Shown: positions 7,772 to 18,384 of the stretch, in pieces | How positions within the stretch are numbered: the stretch's first letter is position 1 | Layout: each line of letters begins with the position of its first letter | DNA from: an uncultured Pseudomonadota bacterium | GTDB taxonomy: Bacteria > Oederibacteriota > Muellerivitia > Muellerivitales > Muellerivitaceae | Reading direction: 5' to 3' | Assembly (NCBI GenBank): GCA_963770835.1 | Contig: CAVYRH010000019.1 | Location: forward strand, 320,001 to 384,000 | DNA length: 64,000 nucleotides | Translations under genes and position numbers: made by a program | The notes under the pieces: model-generated | What the model was told of the DNA's origin: nothing | The model's input: the letters and a program-made list of their open reading frames with translations, nothing else | The model's database searches: none

Positions 7772-10534
7772 TTAAAGATCGATGCTAGCCGTGATGAGCC
7801 CCGTGTCCTCGGTGCGCTTCAGGGTGAAGCCCAGCTTGGTGCAGACCGTCTGCATCCTTCCGTTTTCCGGAAGGATATAGCCCAGGATCTTCTTCAGCTT
7901 TTCCTTGCGCCCCACGTCCAGGAGGGTCCTCATCATCAAGCCCCCCAGGCCCTTGTTCTGCCATTGGTCGCTGATCAAAATGGCGTATTCAGCCTCTTCC
8001 TTCCAGTGCACACGGCTCAAGCGGCCCACGCCCAAAATCTCGGGCTGGCCCGTTTGGGCATTCTTGGCCACGGCCACCAGCGCCATTTCCCGGTCGTAAT
8101 CGGTGAAGCAAACGCGGGTCAATCTTTCGTGGGCGACCCGGCGGTCAATGTTGAGCGGCTGGAAATACCGCATGAATACGCTGGTTTCGGAGAGGTTTTC
8201 GTGGAACTTCACCAACAGTGGCTCGTCCTCTGGACGGATGGGTCGCAGGGTGACCTCGGCGCCGTTTTTGAGCTTCGTGGTGGAGACGTATTGGGTGGGG
8301 TAGGGCCGGATGGCGGGCCGGGGCAGGTCGGATTCGTCCGTCTCCACCGGGTGTAGAATGACCCGGGCGTCCAAGGCGATAAGGCCCTCGGAAGAAGCCA
8401 TGATCGGGTTGATGTCGATCTCCTTCACCCAGGGCTGTTCCACTACCAGGTAGCTGAACCGAACCATCAGTTGTTCCAGTGCATTCATATCCACGGATTT
8501 GGCGCCCCGTACGCCTTTCAATGCCTTGAAGATCTTGGTTTGTTCCATCAACCGGCGGGCCAGGTTGGTATTGAGGGGCGGAAGGGCCAGGGCCACGTCC
8601 TTGAAAACCTCCACCAGTTGTCCCCCCATGCCGAAGAGGATGACGGGCCCAAATTGGGGGTCGATGTGGCTTCCCACGATGATTTCCTGCCCCTCCATCT
8701 TGACCATAGGCTCCACTACCACGCCCTGGAAATGCTGGGCGCCGGCCTTTTCCGCCACCGACTTCTTGATGTCGCGGAAGGCCGCCTTGACCTCGTCCTC
8801 GCTTTTTAAATTCAGCTTCACGCCGCCCACGTCCGTCTTGTGCGTCAGGGTTTCGGAGAAAAGCTTGACTACGATGGGGAACCCCATCTTCTTGGCGGTT
8901 TGGGCCGCTTCTTCCTCGGTCTTGGCGGCAACCGTTTGTACCACCGGAATGCCGTAGGAGGCCAGGAGGTTCTTGGATTCGTCCTCCGTCAGGAGGGTGC
9001 GCTTTTTGTCCCGCACTTCCTTCAGGATTTGCACCGCCTTTTGGCGGTCCGGCGGCTGGGTGGCGAATTCGGGCAATGCCTGGGGGGTTTCATAGAGCCC
9101 CTGCAAGTTGTGGCTGTAGCGCCAAAGGTCCACAAAGGTGCGCACCGCGTCGTCGGGATACTCATAAGTGGGAATACCTGCGTGGGACAAGATGGTGGCC
9201 CCGGCCGAAACCTGGTCGCCCCCCATCCAACTGGCGAAGACCGGCTTTCCCTCGAGCTTGGCGTAAGGCTTCAGCTTTTCCGCGATGGCCGTGGCGTCGG
9301 TCATTTGTTGGGGAGTCAGGATGACCAAAAAACCGTCGTTTTTCTGGTCTTTCATCACCACTTCCAGGGTCTTGGCGTAGCGCTCCGCGTCCGCGTCCCC
9401 CAGCACGTCGATGGGATTGTGGTGGCTCCAGGCTTCGGGCAAAAACTGGTTCAGCATCTTTTCCGTTTCCGGCGACAGTTCGGCCAGTTCGCCTCCACTG
9501 CGGATCAGGCTGTCGGTGGCCAGTACCCCCGGGCCTCCGGCGTTGGTGATAATGGTGAGCTTGTTGCCCCGGGGCCGGGGTTGTTTGGCCAGGATGTCGG
9601 CCAGGTCGAAGATCTCAGAGATATGGTCCGCGCGCAAAACCCCGCAGCGCTCAAAGGCCGCGTCCAGCACCTCGTCGTTGCCCGCCATGGAGCCGGTATG
9701 GGAGGCCGCCGCCTGGGCCGCAGCGCCCGTGCGCCCGGCCTTGATGACCACGATGGGCTTGGTCAGCACCACTTCGCGGGCCGCCGAGAGGAAGGACCTC
9801 GCGTCGCCGATGCTTTCCATATATACAACGATGCTGTTAGTGTTGGGGTCACTCCCGAAATAGTCGATCATGTCGCCCCAGCCCACGTCGGCCATGGAAC
9901 CCACCGAGGCGAAGGCGGAAAGGCCCACCCGGTTCTTGAGGCTCCAGTCCAGGATGGCGGTGCCGAGGGCGCCGCTTTGGCTTAAAAAGGCCACCTTGCC
10001 GGGCAGCACCATTTCCTTCGCGAAAGAGGCGTTCAAGCCGGTGGGTGGGGTAAGGATTCCCAGGCAATTGGGTCCGATGACCCGGATGCCGCCCCTGCGG
10101 GCGATTTCGATGACCTTATTCTCGAGGGCCACACCGGAGGGGCCGGTCTCCTTGAAGCCCGCCGAGATGACGATGACGGCTGGTATGCCCGCCGCCACGC
10201 ATTCCTCCATGATACCCGGCACCGTGGCCGCCGGGGTACAGACCACTGCCAAGTCCGGTACTTCCGGTAGTTCGGACACCTTGGGATAGGCCTTGACGCC
10301 CAAAAGGCTCGGGCGCTTGGGGTTGATGGGATAAACCACGCCCCCAAAAGGAGTGGAAAGAAGGTTCCAGAATACCGCGCGGCCCACGGAACCGGGCTTC
10401 TCGGTGGCTCCGATGACCGCCACGCTTTGGGGTTTGAAGAACGCGTTTAGGGGGTGGGAGGTGAGTCGGTAGACGTCCTGGCTTCTGTCAGCTTGGGTGG
10501 GTTTGATCGGCTTGATGGGCTTAAGCGTTTCCAT
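7772..10534 (-). CDS. Bifunctional acetate--CoA ligase (ADP-forming, alpha+beta) / GNAT acetyltransferase (Pat-like)
   Basis: CoA-binding VAVIGA and [28 protein letters not shown]-grasp [12 protein letters not shown], and a C-terminal GNAT ([15 protein letters not shown]). Confidence 0.92.
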   Translation of the reverse strand: METLKPIKPIKPTQADRSQDVYRLTSHPLNAFFKPQSVAVIGATEKPGSVGRAVFWNLLSTPFGGVVYPINPKRPSLLGVKAYPKVSELPEVPDLAVVCTPAATVPGIMEECVAAGIPAVIVISAGFKETGPSGVALENKVIEIARRGGIRVIGPNCLGILTPPTGLNASFAKEMVLPGKVAFLSQSGALGTAILDWSLKNRVGLSAFASVGSMADVGWGDMIDYFGSDPNTNSIVVYMESIGDARSFLSAAREVVLTKPIVVIKAGRTGAAAQAAASHTGSMAGNDEVLDAAFERCGVLRADHISEIFDLADILAKQPRPRGNKLTIITNAGGPGVLATDSLIRSGGELAELSPETEKMLNQFLPEAWSHHNPIDVLGDADAERYAKTLEVVMKDQKNDGFLVILTPQQMTDATAIAEKLKPYAKLEGKPVFASWMGGDQVSAGATILSHAGIPTYEYPDDAVRTFVDLWRYSHNLQGLYETPQALPEFATQPPDRQKAVQILKEVRDKKRTLLTEDESKNLLASYGIPVVQTVAAKTEEEAAQTAKKMGFPIVVKLFSETLTHKTDVGGVKLNLKSEDEVKAAFRDIKKSVAEKAGAQHFQGVVVEPMVKMEGQEIIVGSHIDPQFGPVILFGMGGQLVEVFKDVALALPPLNTNLARRLMEQTKIFKALKGVRGAKSVDMNALEQLMVRFSYLVVEQPWVKEIDINPIMASSEGLIALDARVILHPVETDESDLPRPAIRPYPTQYVSTTKLKNGAEVTLRPIRPEDEPLLVKFHENLSETSVFMRYFQPLNIDRRVAHERLTRVCFTDYDREMALVAVAKNAQTGQPEILGVGRLSRVHWKEEAEYAILISDQWQNKGLGGLMMRTLLDVGRKEKLKKILGYILPENGRMQTVCTKLGFTLKRTEDTGLITASIDL

Positions 10535-10580
10535 GATTCCCTTTCGTCGGCGGGGCAACAGACCCCAAGTTTTCAGGCGT

Positions 10581-10623
10581 AATCTAGAGAAAGAAGTTCG
10601 TGAAAGGTATGACAGGTGTCATA
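10581..10623 (-). promoter_or_regulatory. CRP/FNR-like box TATGA-CAGGTG-TCATA (10608-10623) plus -10 TAGATT (10586-10581) for the acetate--CoA ligase gene
   Basis: Perfect 5-6-5 palindrome 21 nt upstream of a TAnnnT hexamer; same geometry at three other promoters. Confidence 0.7.
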
Positions 10624-10705
10624 AAAAAAATCAATTAACTTTAGGTTAAGTTTCTCAGGATTCCCTGCGAATTCCTCCAAACCGGATTTCCCCAGTACAC
10701 AAGAT

Positions 10706-10748
10706 TATGACATGCCTCATAAATGTGAGGTTCCTCCACCCCTAGGAT
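10706..10748 (+). promoter_or_regulatory. CRP/FNR-like box TATGA-CATGCC-TCATA (10706-10721) plus -10 TAGGAT (10743-10748) for hypC
   Basis: Perfect 5-6-5 palindrome with a 21-nt spacer to the -10 box. Confidence 0.72.
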
Positions 10749-10785
10749 GCTTCCGAGGGGCAACGCGGCCCCCAAGGAGCCGGCC

Positions 10786-11034
10786 ATGTGTTTAGCAGTG
10801 CCAGGAAAAATTGTCAGCATCACGGGCGGGGAGCCCCTTTTCCTAAAGGGAAAAGTGGATTTTGGCGGCGTGGCCCGCGAAGTTTCCTTGGCCTGCCTGC
10901 CCGAAGCCCGGGTGGGCGATTACGTGATCGTGCACGTGGGCATGGCCATCAGCTTGCTGGATGAAGCGGAGGCCCGGCGCACCCTTGAGGACTTGGAAAC
11001 CCTTCGGGAGTTTTCCTCCAGAGGCACGCCATGA
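10786..11034 (+). CDS. hypC: Hydrogenase maturation chaperone HypC
   Basis: MCLAVPG N-terminus, [21 protein letters not shown]. Confidence 0.97.
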   Translation: MCLAVPGKIVSITGGEPLFLKGKVDFGGVAREVSLACLPEARVGDYVIVHVGMAISLLDEAEARRTLEDLETLREFSSRGTP

Positions 11035-12146
11035 AATACGTGGACGAATACCGCGACGGCCGGGCCTGCCTGGAGACGGCCGAAGCCATCAAGAAAATCA
11101 CCACCCGTCCCTGGGTACTCATGGAAATTTGCGGCGGCCAAACCCATTCCATCGCCCGTTATGGGCTGGAGAACCTCCTGCCCCCCCAAATCTCCCTGGT
11201 TCACGGCCCCGGCTGCCCGGTCTGCGTGACGCCCCTGGAAGTGATCGACAAGGCGGTGGAAATTGCCGCGCGCCCAGGCGTGATCTTTTGTTCCTTCGGC
11301 GACATGATGCGGGTGCCGGGCAGCAGGAAGGACCTGCTCTCGGTGAAGGCCCAGGGCGGCGAAGTACGTCTGGTTTACTCGCCCCTGGATGCCGTCAAGA
11401 TCGCCCAACAAAACCCCGCCAAGCAAGTGGTCTTTTTCGCGGTGGGCTTCGAGACCACCGCGCCCGCTAACGCCATGGCGGTCCGGCAGGCGAAGGCCCT
11501 TAAGCTCTCAAATTTTTTCATTCTCGTTTCCCACGTGCTGGTGCCTCCGGCCATGGAGGCCATTCTTTCCTCGCCCGACAACCGCGTTCAGGCATTTCTG
11601 GCCGCCGGCCACGTCTGCACCGTCATGGGTTTCGGCCAATACCCGCCGATCGCCGAAAAATATAAAGTTCCCATCGTCGTCACTGGCTTCGAACCCCTGG
11701 ACGTGATGTTGGGCGTTTACTACTGCGTCAAGCAGTTGGAGGAAGGCCGCCACGTTGTGGAAAACCGATACAAGCGTTCGGTGCGGCCCGAAGGAAATAC
11801 CGGAGCTTTGGAAACCATCGGCGAGGTTTTTGTGGTGGTCACCCGTAAATGGCGGGGGATCGGGGCAATTCCCAACAGCGGCTGGGCCCTCAACGAAAAA
11901 TACCGTGCCTTCGACGCCGAAAGGCGTTTCGGGGTCGCCCAGGTGACGGCCGAGGAAAGCCCCGACTGTATCAGCGGGCAGATCTTGCGGGGCTTGAAGA
12001 AACCCGTCCAATGCCCAGCCTTCAACACCCTCTGTACCCCCGAACACCCCTTGGGCGCTCCCATGGTTTCTACCGAGGGCGCTTGCTCGGCTTATTACCG
12101 CTACCGGCGGCATGAAGTCCCACCCGTCGTGGAGGTGGCGTTATGA
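11031..12146 (+). CDS. hypD: Hydrogenase maturation protein HypD
   Basis: [27 protein letters not shown]-terminal Cys cluster with [13 protein letters not shown]. Confidence 0.97.
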   Translation: MKYVDEYRDGRACLETAEAIKKITTRPWVLMEICGGQTHSIARYGLENLLPPQISLVHGPGCPVCVTPLEVIDKAVEIAARPGVIFCSFGDMMRVPGSRKDLLSVKAQGGEVRLVYSPLDAVKIAQQNPAKQVVFFAVGFETTAPANAMAVRQAKALKLSNFFILVSHVLVPPAMEAILSSPDNRVQAFLAAGHVCTVMGFGQYPPIAEKYKVPIVVTGFEPLDVMLGVYYCVKQLEEGRHVVENRYKRSVRPEGNTGALETIGEVFVVVTRKWRGIGAIPNSGWALNEKYRAFDAERRFGVAQVTAEESPDCISGQILRGLKKPVQCPAFNTLCTPEHPLGAPMVSTEGACSAYYRYRRHEVPPVVEVAL

Positions 12147-13216
12147 GATCTTTTCTCGAACTCTTCAACGACCAGCCGGGGAACCCGCGCTTCAAAGTCA
12201 CCGGCCTTTTTCTCTTATTAATAGCCTTCAACCTTGCCGCCTGGGCCTGGGCTTGGGCCGCCTTTGCCCATTCCCCCGCCCTTTTGGCCATGGCGCTCCT
12301 GGCTTACCTTTTTGGCCTTCGCCATGCCCTGGACGCCGACCACCTGGCCGCCATCGACAACGTGGTGCGCAAGCTTTCTCAAAGGGGCGGCAAGCCCTAT
12401 TCCACCGGCTTCTTCTTTTCCCTGGGCCATTCCACGGTAGTCGTGCTGGCCACCATGATGGTGGCGAGCCTGGCTTCGGCCTTGAAGGGCCGCCTGGAAA
12501 AAGCCGGCGAGATCGGGGGCTTGGTGGGGACGGGGGTCTCGGCTTTCTTCCTTCTCTTCATCGCCTTCGCCAATTTCTTCATCCTCAAGGCGGTTTGGGG
12601 CGCCTTTCAAAGGGCCCGGCGCGGCGCGGCCGTGGATGAAGAGGATCTGAACGCCCTTCTTGCGGGCCGGGGTTTCTTCACGCATCTGTTGAAGTCCCTC
12701 TTCGACCTGGTCTCCGAAAGCCGCCACCTTTACTGGGTGGGATTCCTCTTTGGGTTGGGTTTTGACACCGCTACCGAAGTGGGCCTTCTGGGCCTCTCGG
12801 CCACCCAGGCGGTCAACGGTCTTCCGGGCGCCTCTATTATGATCTTCCCCACCCTCTTTACGGCGGGCATGGCGCTTGTTGACACCGCCGACAGCGTACT
12901 CATGGTGAAGGTCTACGGCTGGGCCTTCCAAGCGCCCTTGCGCAAGCTTTGGTACAACCTGACGCTCACTTCCTTTTCCATCCTCTTGGCACTCGTCATC
13001 GGCGGCGCGGAGGCCTTGAGCCTATTGTCCAATCACTTGGGATTAACCGGCGGGATTTGGGACTCGGTATCCTGGCTTGGAAACCTCCAGGGAAGCTTCG
13101 GCCTGGCGGCTGTTGGAATTTTCTTTTTGGGCTGGATGATTTCGGCCTTCTGGTATCGGTGGAGTGGATATGAAAAACAAGTTCCAGAAAATTTTTCCTT
13201 GGAGAAGAAGCCATGA
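12143..13216 (+). CDS. hoxN: HoxN/HupN/NixA (NiCoT) nickel/cobalt transporter
   Basis: [22 protein letters not shown] and [13 protein letters not shown] signatures. Confidence 0.95.
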   Translation: MRSFLELFNDQPGNPRFKVTGLFLLLIAFNLAAWAWAWAAFAHSPALLAMALLAYLFGLRHALDADHLAAIDNVVRKLSQRGGKPYSTGFFFSLGHSTVVVLATMMVASLASALKGRLEKAGEIGGLVGTGVSAFFLLFIAFANFFILKAVWGAFQRARRGAAVDEEDLNALLAGRGFFTHLLKSLFDLVSESRHLYWVGFLFGLGFDTATEVGLLGLSATQAVNGLPGASIMIFPTLFTAGMALVDTADSVLMVKVYGWAFQAPLRKLWYNLTLTSFSILLALVIGGAEALSLLSNHLGLTGGIWDSVSWLGNLQGSFGLAAVGIFFLGWMISAFWYRWSGYEKQVPENFSLEKKP

Positions 13217-14265
13217 ACCCCACCAAGCTTAACTTGGATTGCCCCCTGCCTTTCACCGATTACGACCGGGTGTTGCTGGCCCACGGCGGTGGGGGAACCC
13301 TCACCCAACAGCTCATCGAAAAGATCTTCCTGCCCGCCTTCGGCAACGCGCCCCTTTTGAAAAAACACGATTCGGCGGTGGTCCCCCTGGCCGGCCAGGC
13401 GGTGGCCATGACCACCGATTCCTACGTGGTCAAGCCGCTCTTTTTCCCCGGCGGGGACATCGGGAAGCTGGCGGTCACCGGCACGGTGAACGACCTGGCC
13501 ATGGCGGGTGCCCAGCCCCTTTATTTGAGCGCGGGCTTCATTTTGGAGGAGGGCCTGCCGATGGAGACTCTTTGGCGGGTGGTCCAATCCATGAGCGAGG
13601 CCGCCTGGGAGGCGGGCGTGGCCATCGTCACGGGGGACACCAAGGTGGTGGACAAGGGCAAGGGTGACGGCATTTTCATCAATACGGCGGGCATCGGCGT
13701 GGTGCGGCCCGGCCTGGATATCTCTCCCTCGTCGGTGAAACCCGGCGACGCCATCATCCTGAGCGGCGACGTGGGACGGCACGGAATCGCCATCATGGCG
13801 GCCCGGGAGGGCCTGGAATTTGAGACCAAACTCGAAAGCGACTGCGCTTTTCTTCACGAACCCGTGCTTTCCCTTTTGGAGGGGGGTGTAGGCATTCATT
13901 GCCTCAGGGACTTGACTCGTGGGGGCCTGGCCTCAGCCTTGAACGAGATCGCCCAGGCTTCCGGCAACCCGATCCAGGTATCCGAATCGGAGATCCCCGT
14001 GCGGGAGGAAGTGAGTTCGGCCTGCGAAATCCTGGGATTGGACCCCTTTTACGTCGCCAACGAGGGGCGCTTCATTTGCATCCTGCCTGAGGCGGAAGTA
14101 GGACGGGCCCTGGCGGTGTTGAAGGCCCACCCGGTCAGCCGCGACGCGCGGGTGATCGGCCGGGTGCTTCCCGGCCCCGGCAAGTCGGTACGGTTGAAGA
14201 GCGTCACCGGGTCCTTGCGGGTGATGGACCTTTTAAGCGGCGAGCAGTTGCCGCGGATTTGTTGA
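13213..14265 (+). CDS. hypE: Hydrogenase maturation protein HypE
   Basis: [29 protein letters not shown] and terminal PRIC. Confidence 0.97.
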   Translation: MNPTKLNLDCPLPFTDYDRVLLAHGGGGTLTQQLIEKIFLPAFGNAPLLKKHDSAVVPLAGQAVAMTTDSYVVKPLFFPGGDIGKLAVTGTVNDLAMAGAQPLYLSAGFILEEGLPMETLWRVVQSMSEAAWEAGVAIVTGDTKVVDKGKGDGIFINTAGIGVVRPGLDISPSSVKPGDAIILSGDVGRHGIAIMAAREGLEFETKLESDCAFLHEPVLSLLEGGVGIHCLRDLTRGGLASALNEIAQASGNPIQVSESEIPVREEVSSACEILGLDPFYVANEGRFICILPEAEVGRALAVLKAHPVSRDARVIGRVLPGPGKSVRLKSVTGSLRVMDLLSGEQLPRIC

Positions 14266-15116
14266 GGAGGCTTGGCATAAACACAAATACCGGATCATTG
14301 GAAAATAAGACCAGCTTTTATTATCCCCTCCTGCTTTTACCCCACGACGAGCGGGAAGGCATGGAGGTGTTGTACCGTTATTGCCGGGAGGCGGACGATA
14401 TCGCGGATGGGGAGGGAACCCCGTTGGAAAAAAAGAGCCGGTTTTCCCGGTTTCTCCTCGGCTTCAAGGCCGCTCTCCGCGACCGCGCCCAGGAACCCCT
14501 GTTCCAAAACCTCCAAAACGTCATCCACCGTTTCACCCTTACCCCCGAACCCCTCCACCGCATCCTCAAGGGAGTCAAGCGGGACCTCGGCCCGGTGCGC
14601 TTCAAGACCTTCACGCAGCTTCACCAATACGCCCTCGAAGTGGCCGGCGGCCCGGGGCTTTCAAGCATGGAAATCTTCGGCTACAAAGACGCCGAACACA
14701 GACAATACGCGGAGAACCTGGGGGTCTTCCTTCAGATCGTCAATATCGTGCGGGATTATATTGAGGACGGCGCTATGGGACGGCAATACCTGCCCACAGA
14801 GGATTTCCGTCATTTCCAATTGGAGCCCCGCTTCCTCGACGAAACGAGTCGCCACTGGCGTTCCTTCGTGGAGTTCCAGCTGGACCGGGCCTGGTACTTC
14901 CTGGAAAAGTCGCGGGAATCCCTCACCCTCTCCCAAAGGGCCAAACTGCCCACGGCGGAGTCCATCGCGGAAGTTTACGTCAAGCTTTACGATAAGCTTT
15001 GGCTCGATCCCTACCGAATCCTGGAAGGCAAAGCCGGCCTAAGCAAGGCCGACAAAATCCTTTCAGTGGCAGGCGCGACGGGCCGGTGCTTGGTCTGGCG
15101 TTGGGCGAAGGACTAA
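14259..15116 (+). CDS. Phytoene/squalene synthase-family protein (HpnD/CrtB-like)
   Basis: [14 protein letters not shown] (DDxxD), [19 protein letters not shown]; start codon uncertain. Confidence 0.85.
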   Translation: MLRRLGINTNTGSLENKTSFYYPLLLLPHDEREGMEVLYRYCREADDIADGEGTPLEKKSRFSRFLLGFKAALRDRAQEPLFQNLQNVIHRFTLTPEPLHRILKGVKRDLGPVRFKTFTQLHQYALEVAGGPGLSSMEIFGYKDAEHRQYAENLGVFLQIVNIVRDYIEDGAMGRQYLPTEDFRHFQLEPRFLDETSRHWRSFVEFQLDRAWYFLEKSRESLTLSQRAKLPTAESIAEVYVKLYDKLWLDPYRILEGKAGLSKADKILSVAGATGRCLVWRWAKD

Positions 15117-15158
15117 AATTCTTGTAAAAGCCGAACGCAAGTGAGACTTGAGTTAGCT

Positions 15159-15306
15159 GTCATTGCGAGGAATACCTGCCGAATATGCGGGTGATTATGA
15201 CGAAGCAACCCCAGTTTAAATAGGTCGTTGCGAAGAAAAAGCAGCCAAGACTAAACCACCCATAAACTGAGGTTGCTTCGCTTCAAAATTCGAAGCTCGC
15301 AATGAC
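15159..15306. repeat. Palindromic REP/MITE-like element with GTCATTGCGAG...CTCGCAATGAC ends
   Basis: Perfect 11-bp terminal inverted repeat plus an internal 18-bp stem (15201-15218 / 15263-15280, one mismatch). Confidence 0.75.
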
Positions 15307-15326
15307 CGCAATAGGAAATTTTCGAT

Positions 15327-16040
15327 ATGAAAAAAAACATTGCCGACCTTCGCCGGGAATATAACCCCGGCCTTTCCAACAATTGGTTCCAAAACGTCCT
15401 GCGGGCCCTGACCGTCGGCAAGCGCGAAGTTTACAACCGGAGCCTGGCGGAAGAGACCGCCCCAACCTATCCCTTCTCCCTTTTTCAGGCCTGGCTGGAG
15501 GAAGCCATGGGAGCGGGCTTGTTGGACCCTACCGCCATGACCCTGGGTACCCTAGGCCCGGACAACCGGCCAAGCCTGCGCACCGTTTTATTGAAGGGAT
15601 TTGACGGCAAGGGTTTCGTGTTCTTCACCAGCTACCAAAGCCGCAAGGGCCGGGATATCTGCCGCAACCCTTTCGCTTCCCTCCTTTTTTATTGGCCGGT
15701 GCTGGCCCGCCAGGTGCGCATCGATGGAAGCATTTCGACCATCGCCGCCAAAGAATCGGATGATTACTTTGAAAGCCGCCCCCGGGGAAGCCAATTGGCC
15801 GCCTGGGCCTGCCCCCAAAGTATGCCCGTGCCGGGGCGGGATTTTTTGGAGGACCGCATGCGGTTCTTCGGGGAGAAGTTCCGGGGGAAACCCGTGCCCC
15901 GTCCCCCCCACTGGGGCGGGTACCGGCTGGTGGCGGAAAAGTTCGAGTTTTGGAACGGCCGGCCCAACCGCCTGCACGACCGCCTTTTTTACCATAAAAA
16001 GCCCAGAAGCGGCTGGATCCGAACCCGGCTGGCACCCTGA
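15327..16040 (+). CDS. pdxH: Pyridoxine/pyridoxamine 5'-phosphate oxidase
   Basis: LRREY, RTVLLK, SRKG, YFESRPRGSQ, PPHWGGYRL, EFWNGRPNRLHDR. Confidence 0.95.
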   Translation: MKKNIADLRREYNPGLSNNWFQNVLRALTVGKREVYNRSLAEETAPTYPFSLFQAWLEEAMGAGLLDPTAMTLGTLGPDNRPSLRTVLLKGFDGKGFVFFTSYQSRKGRDICRNPFASLLFYWPVLARQVRIDGSISTIAAKESDDYFESRPRGSQLAAWACPQSMPVPGRDFLEDRMRFFGEKFRGKPVPRPPHWGGYRLVAEKFEFWNGRPNRLHDRLFYHKKPRSGWIRTRLAP

Positions 16041-16042
16041 AG

Positions 16043-16137
16043 CCTCTTGAACCACAGAGTACACAGAGGGCACAGAGTTAAATCTTAAGATTCATTTTTA
16101 AAAGGCAAAAACCTTACTCCGTGAACTCTGTGGTAAA
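16043..16137. repeat. CACAGAG-family 9-mer palindromic repeat, copy 1
   Basis: CCTCTTGAACCACAGAG-TACACAGAG-GGCACAGAG left arm; CTCCGTGAACTCTGTGGT right arm. Confidence 0.8.
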
Positions 16138-16257
16138 AATCTTTTTTTATTCCTTTGATCTCCCCTCAAAATGTCCCGCCACCCCTTAAATGCCTTTGAA
16201 TTTGGCCCCTCCGCCCTTATCCTGCTCCTCCTTACACACCAAAAGGATAGGAATAAC

Positions 16258-18087
16258 GTGGGAATCTTGCTGAGTTGCCAAAATTTATCGAAGAGTTTCG
16301 GCCACCGGCCGCTGTTCGAAAACCTCTCTTTCGGGCTCTTTGAGGGTGAACGCACGGGCCTGATCGGGCCAAACGGAACCGGCAAATCCACCCTGCTGAA
16401 GATATTGGCGGGCGTGGAGAAGCCGGACGACGGGGTCATCGCGGCCCGAAAGGGACTGCGGGTGGGCTACCTGGCCCAGCAGGACCGTTTTGAGGACCCG
16501 GGAACCTTGACCGTCCGCGAAGCGGTCATTAAAGGCCTGGAAGGCCTGCACCTGGAGGATTGGGAGATCGACCTTCGGGCGGAAGGGGGCCTGGACGAGG
16601 CCGGCTTTACCAACCACGACCAGCCGGTGTCCAAACTTTCCGGCGGCTGGCGAAAGCGCTTGTCCATCCTGACCCAAGTTTTGCGGGAACCCGACCTGCT
16701 TTTGCTCGATGAACCCACCAACCATTTGGATCTGGAGGGCGTGCTTTGGCTGGAAGACTTCATGGAAAACCTGGCCTTCTCCTTTATGGTCGTGACCCAC
16801 GACCGGCGTTTCCTGGAGCGGGTCTCGAACCGCGTCATCGAATTGAACAAGCAATATCCGGAAGGGTATTTCGGAAACGAGGGGAATTACAGCCAGTTCC
16901 TGGAAAAACGCGAGGAGCTTTTCAACTCCCAGGCCCGGCGCGAAAGCACCGTGGCCAACCAGGTCCGCCGGGAAATCGAATGGCTGCGCCGGGGGCCCAA
17001 GGCCCGGCAGACCAAACAACAGGCCCGCATCGACCGTGCCGGGGAGCTGATGGGGGAGCTGAGCGAACTGGAATACCGCAATTCCCAAGGCCGCAGCGTG
17101 GACATCGATTTCTCCGGGTCCAACCGCCAGACCCAGCGGCTGGTGGCCGCGGAAAAGATAACGAAAACCCTGGGCGGGCGGAAACTCTTCAGCCCCCTGG
17201 ACCTGCTTTTGACGCCCGGAGACAAGCTGGGCCTTTTGGGCGAGAACGGCAGCGGCAAGAGCACCCTGTTGAAAATCCTGGCGGGTGAAATTAAACCCGA
17301 TACCGGAAATCTGAAACAGGCGGACAAACTTCGGGTGGTGACCTTCGACCAGCACCGCGGCCAGTTGAACCTGGACCAAAGCCTGCGCCAAGCCCTTTGC
17401 GAGAAGGGCGATTACGTCACCTATAAGGAAAGCCAGATCCACGTGGCCAGCTGGGCATCACGATTCCTCTTTACCAAAATCCAGCTCGACCAGTCCTTGA
17501 AGCAGATGTCCGGCGGGGAGCAATCCCGCGTTCTGATAGCCCGGCTGATGCTCAAACCCGCTGATCTTCTCTTATTAGATGAACCTACGAACGACCTGGA
17601 CATTCCTTCCCTGGAAGTTCTGGAGCAAAGTCTTGCGGAGTTTCCTGGGGCCCTGGTGCTGGTAACTCACGACCGTTACCTTCTGGATCGGGTGAGCCGC
17701 CAGATTTTGGCCTTGGACGGCAAGGGCCACGCGGGGTTTTTCGCCGACCTGTCCCAGTGGGAGGACTACCGGGCGCAGGAACGGGAAAAAGAAAAGACCA
17801 AGGGCAAACAAGTTGAGCCTGCGAAGCCCATCGTCCAAGAGAAGCCCAAAAAGACGCTCTCCACCAAGGAAGTAAAGGAAATCAAGGACATGGACTCCGC
17901 GATCCACGAAGCGGAGGAAAAGGTGAAAGCCGCCAAGGCCCTGCTGGAAGACCCTGCCGTCGCCTCGGACTTGGCCCAATTACAGGAGCGCCAGCGGCTG
18001 GTCGACACCGAACAAGCCAAGTTGGATGCCCTCTATCAGCGCTGGGAAGAGCTTGAGGCCAAACGCGGTCAAATGGAGACCAAGTAA
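16258..18087 (+). CDS. uup: ABC-F family ATPase (Uup-like)
   Basis: Two ABC cassettes (GPNGTGKST/LSGG/LDEPTNHLD; GENGSGKST/MSGGE/LDEPTNDLD), WLRRGPKARQTK linker, C-terminal coiled coil ending RWEELE; GTG start after AGGA. Confidence 0.9.
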   Translation: MGILLSCQNLSKSFGHRPLFENLSFGLFEGERTGLIGPNGTGKSTLLKILAGVEKPDDGVIAARKGLRVGYLAQQDRFEDPGTLTVREAVIKGLEGLHLEDWEIDLRAEGGLDEAGFTNHDQPVSKLSGGWRKRLSILTQVLREPDLLLLDEPTNHLDLEGVLWLEDFMENLAFSFMVVTHDRRFLERVSNRVIELNKQYPEGYFGNEGNYSQFLEKREELFNSQARRESTVANQVRREIEWLRRGPKARQTKQQARIDRAGELMGELSELEYRNSQGRSVDIDFSGSNRQTQRLVAAEKITKTLGGRKLFSPLDLLLTPGDKLGLLGENGSGKSTLLKILAGEIKPDTGNLKQADKLRVVTFDQHRGQLNLDQSLRQALCEKGDYVTYKESQIHVASWASRFLFTKIQLDQSLKQMSGGEQSRVLIARLMLKPADLLLLDEPTNDLDIPSLEVLEQSLAEFPGALVLVTHDRYLLDRVSRQILALDGKGHAGFFADLSQWEDYRAQEREKEKTKGKQVEPAKPIVQEKPKKTLSTKEVKEIKDMDSAIHEAEEKVKAAKALLEDPAVASDLAQLQERQRLVDTEQAKLDALYQRWEELEAKRGQMETK

Positions 18088-18097
18088 ACCCCTCAAA

Positions 18098-18245
18098 CCT
18101 CTTGAACCACAGAGTTCACCCCGCTTTGCATGATTCGAATACGAATCATGCGGGGTGGTACACGGAGTACACAGAGGAAGGCATAAGAATTTCCTTTAAT
18201 TTAGGTTGTCTTACTCCGTGAACTCTGTGTCCTCTGTGGTTAAAA
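18098..18245. repeat. CACAGAG-family palindromic repeat, copy 2, with a nested hairpin
   Basis: Same 17-nt start as copy 1; right arm CTCCGTGAACTCTGTGTCCTCTGTGGT; internal GCATGATTCG-AATA-CGAATCATGC. Confidence 0.8.
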
Positions 18246-18290
18246 CTCCTTGTTAATAGTCTTTATTTTCCCTTCGAAACCCCTGAATTA

Positions 18291-18333
18291 GCTGATCCCG
18301 ATCATACTTTTCACCGGAAATTCCTCCTATCGT
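18291..18333 (+). promoter_or_regulatory. Imperfect CRP/FNR-like box GCTGA-TCCCGA-TCATA (18291-18306) plus -10 TATCGT (18328-18333) for por
   Basis: One perfect half-site, TGA-N6-TCA core, 21-nt spacer to a TAnnnT. Confidence 0.6.
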
Positions 18334-18384
18334 AACTTTGAAGCCAAGCCGTGAATCCGCGTATTCCTTAGGAGGAATCCCACC

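Noticed and set aside
8840..9985. Long antisense ORFs (also 16285-17442, 22110-23510, 25949-27109, 34999-36444)
   Set aside because: Shadow frames opposite well-supported genes in GC-rich DNA; no recognisable motifs or RBS.
10598..10615. Possible Rex operator TCGTGAA-AGGT-ATGACAG
   Set aside because: Poor right half-site; the overlapping perfect TATGA-N6-TCATA box, repeated elsewhere, explains the region better.
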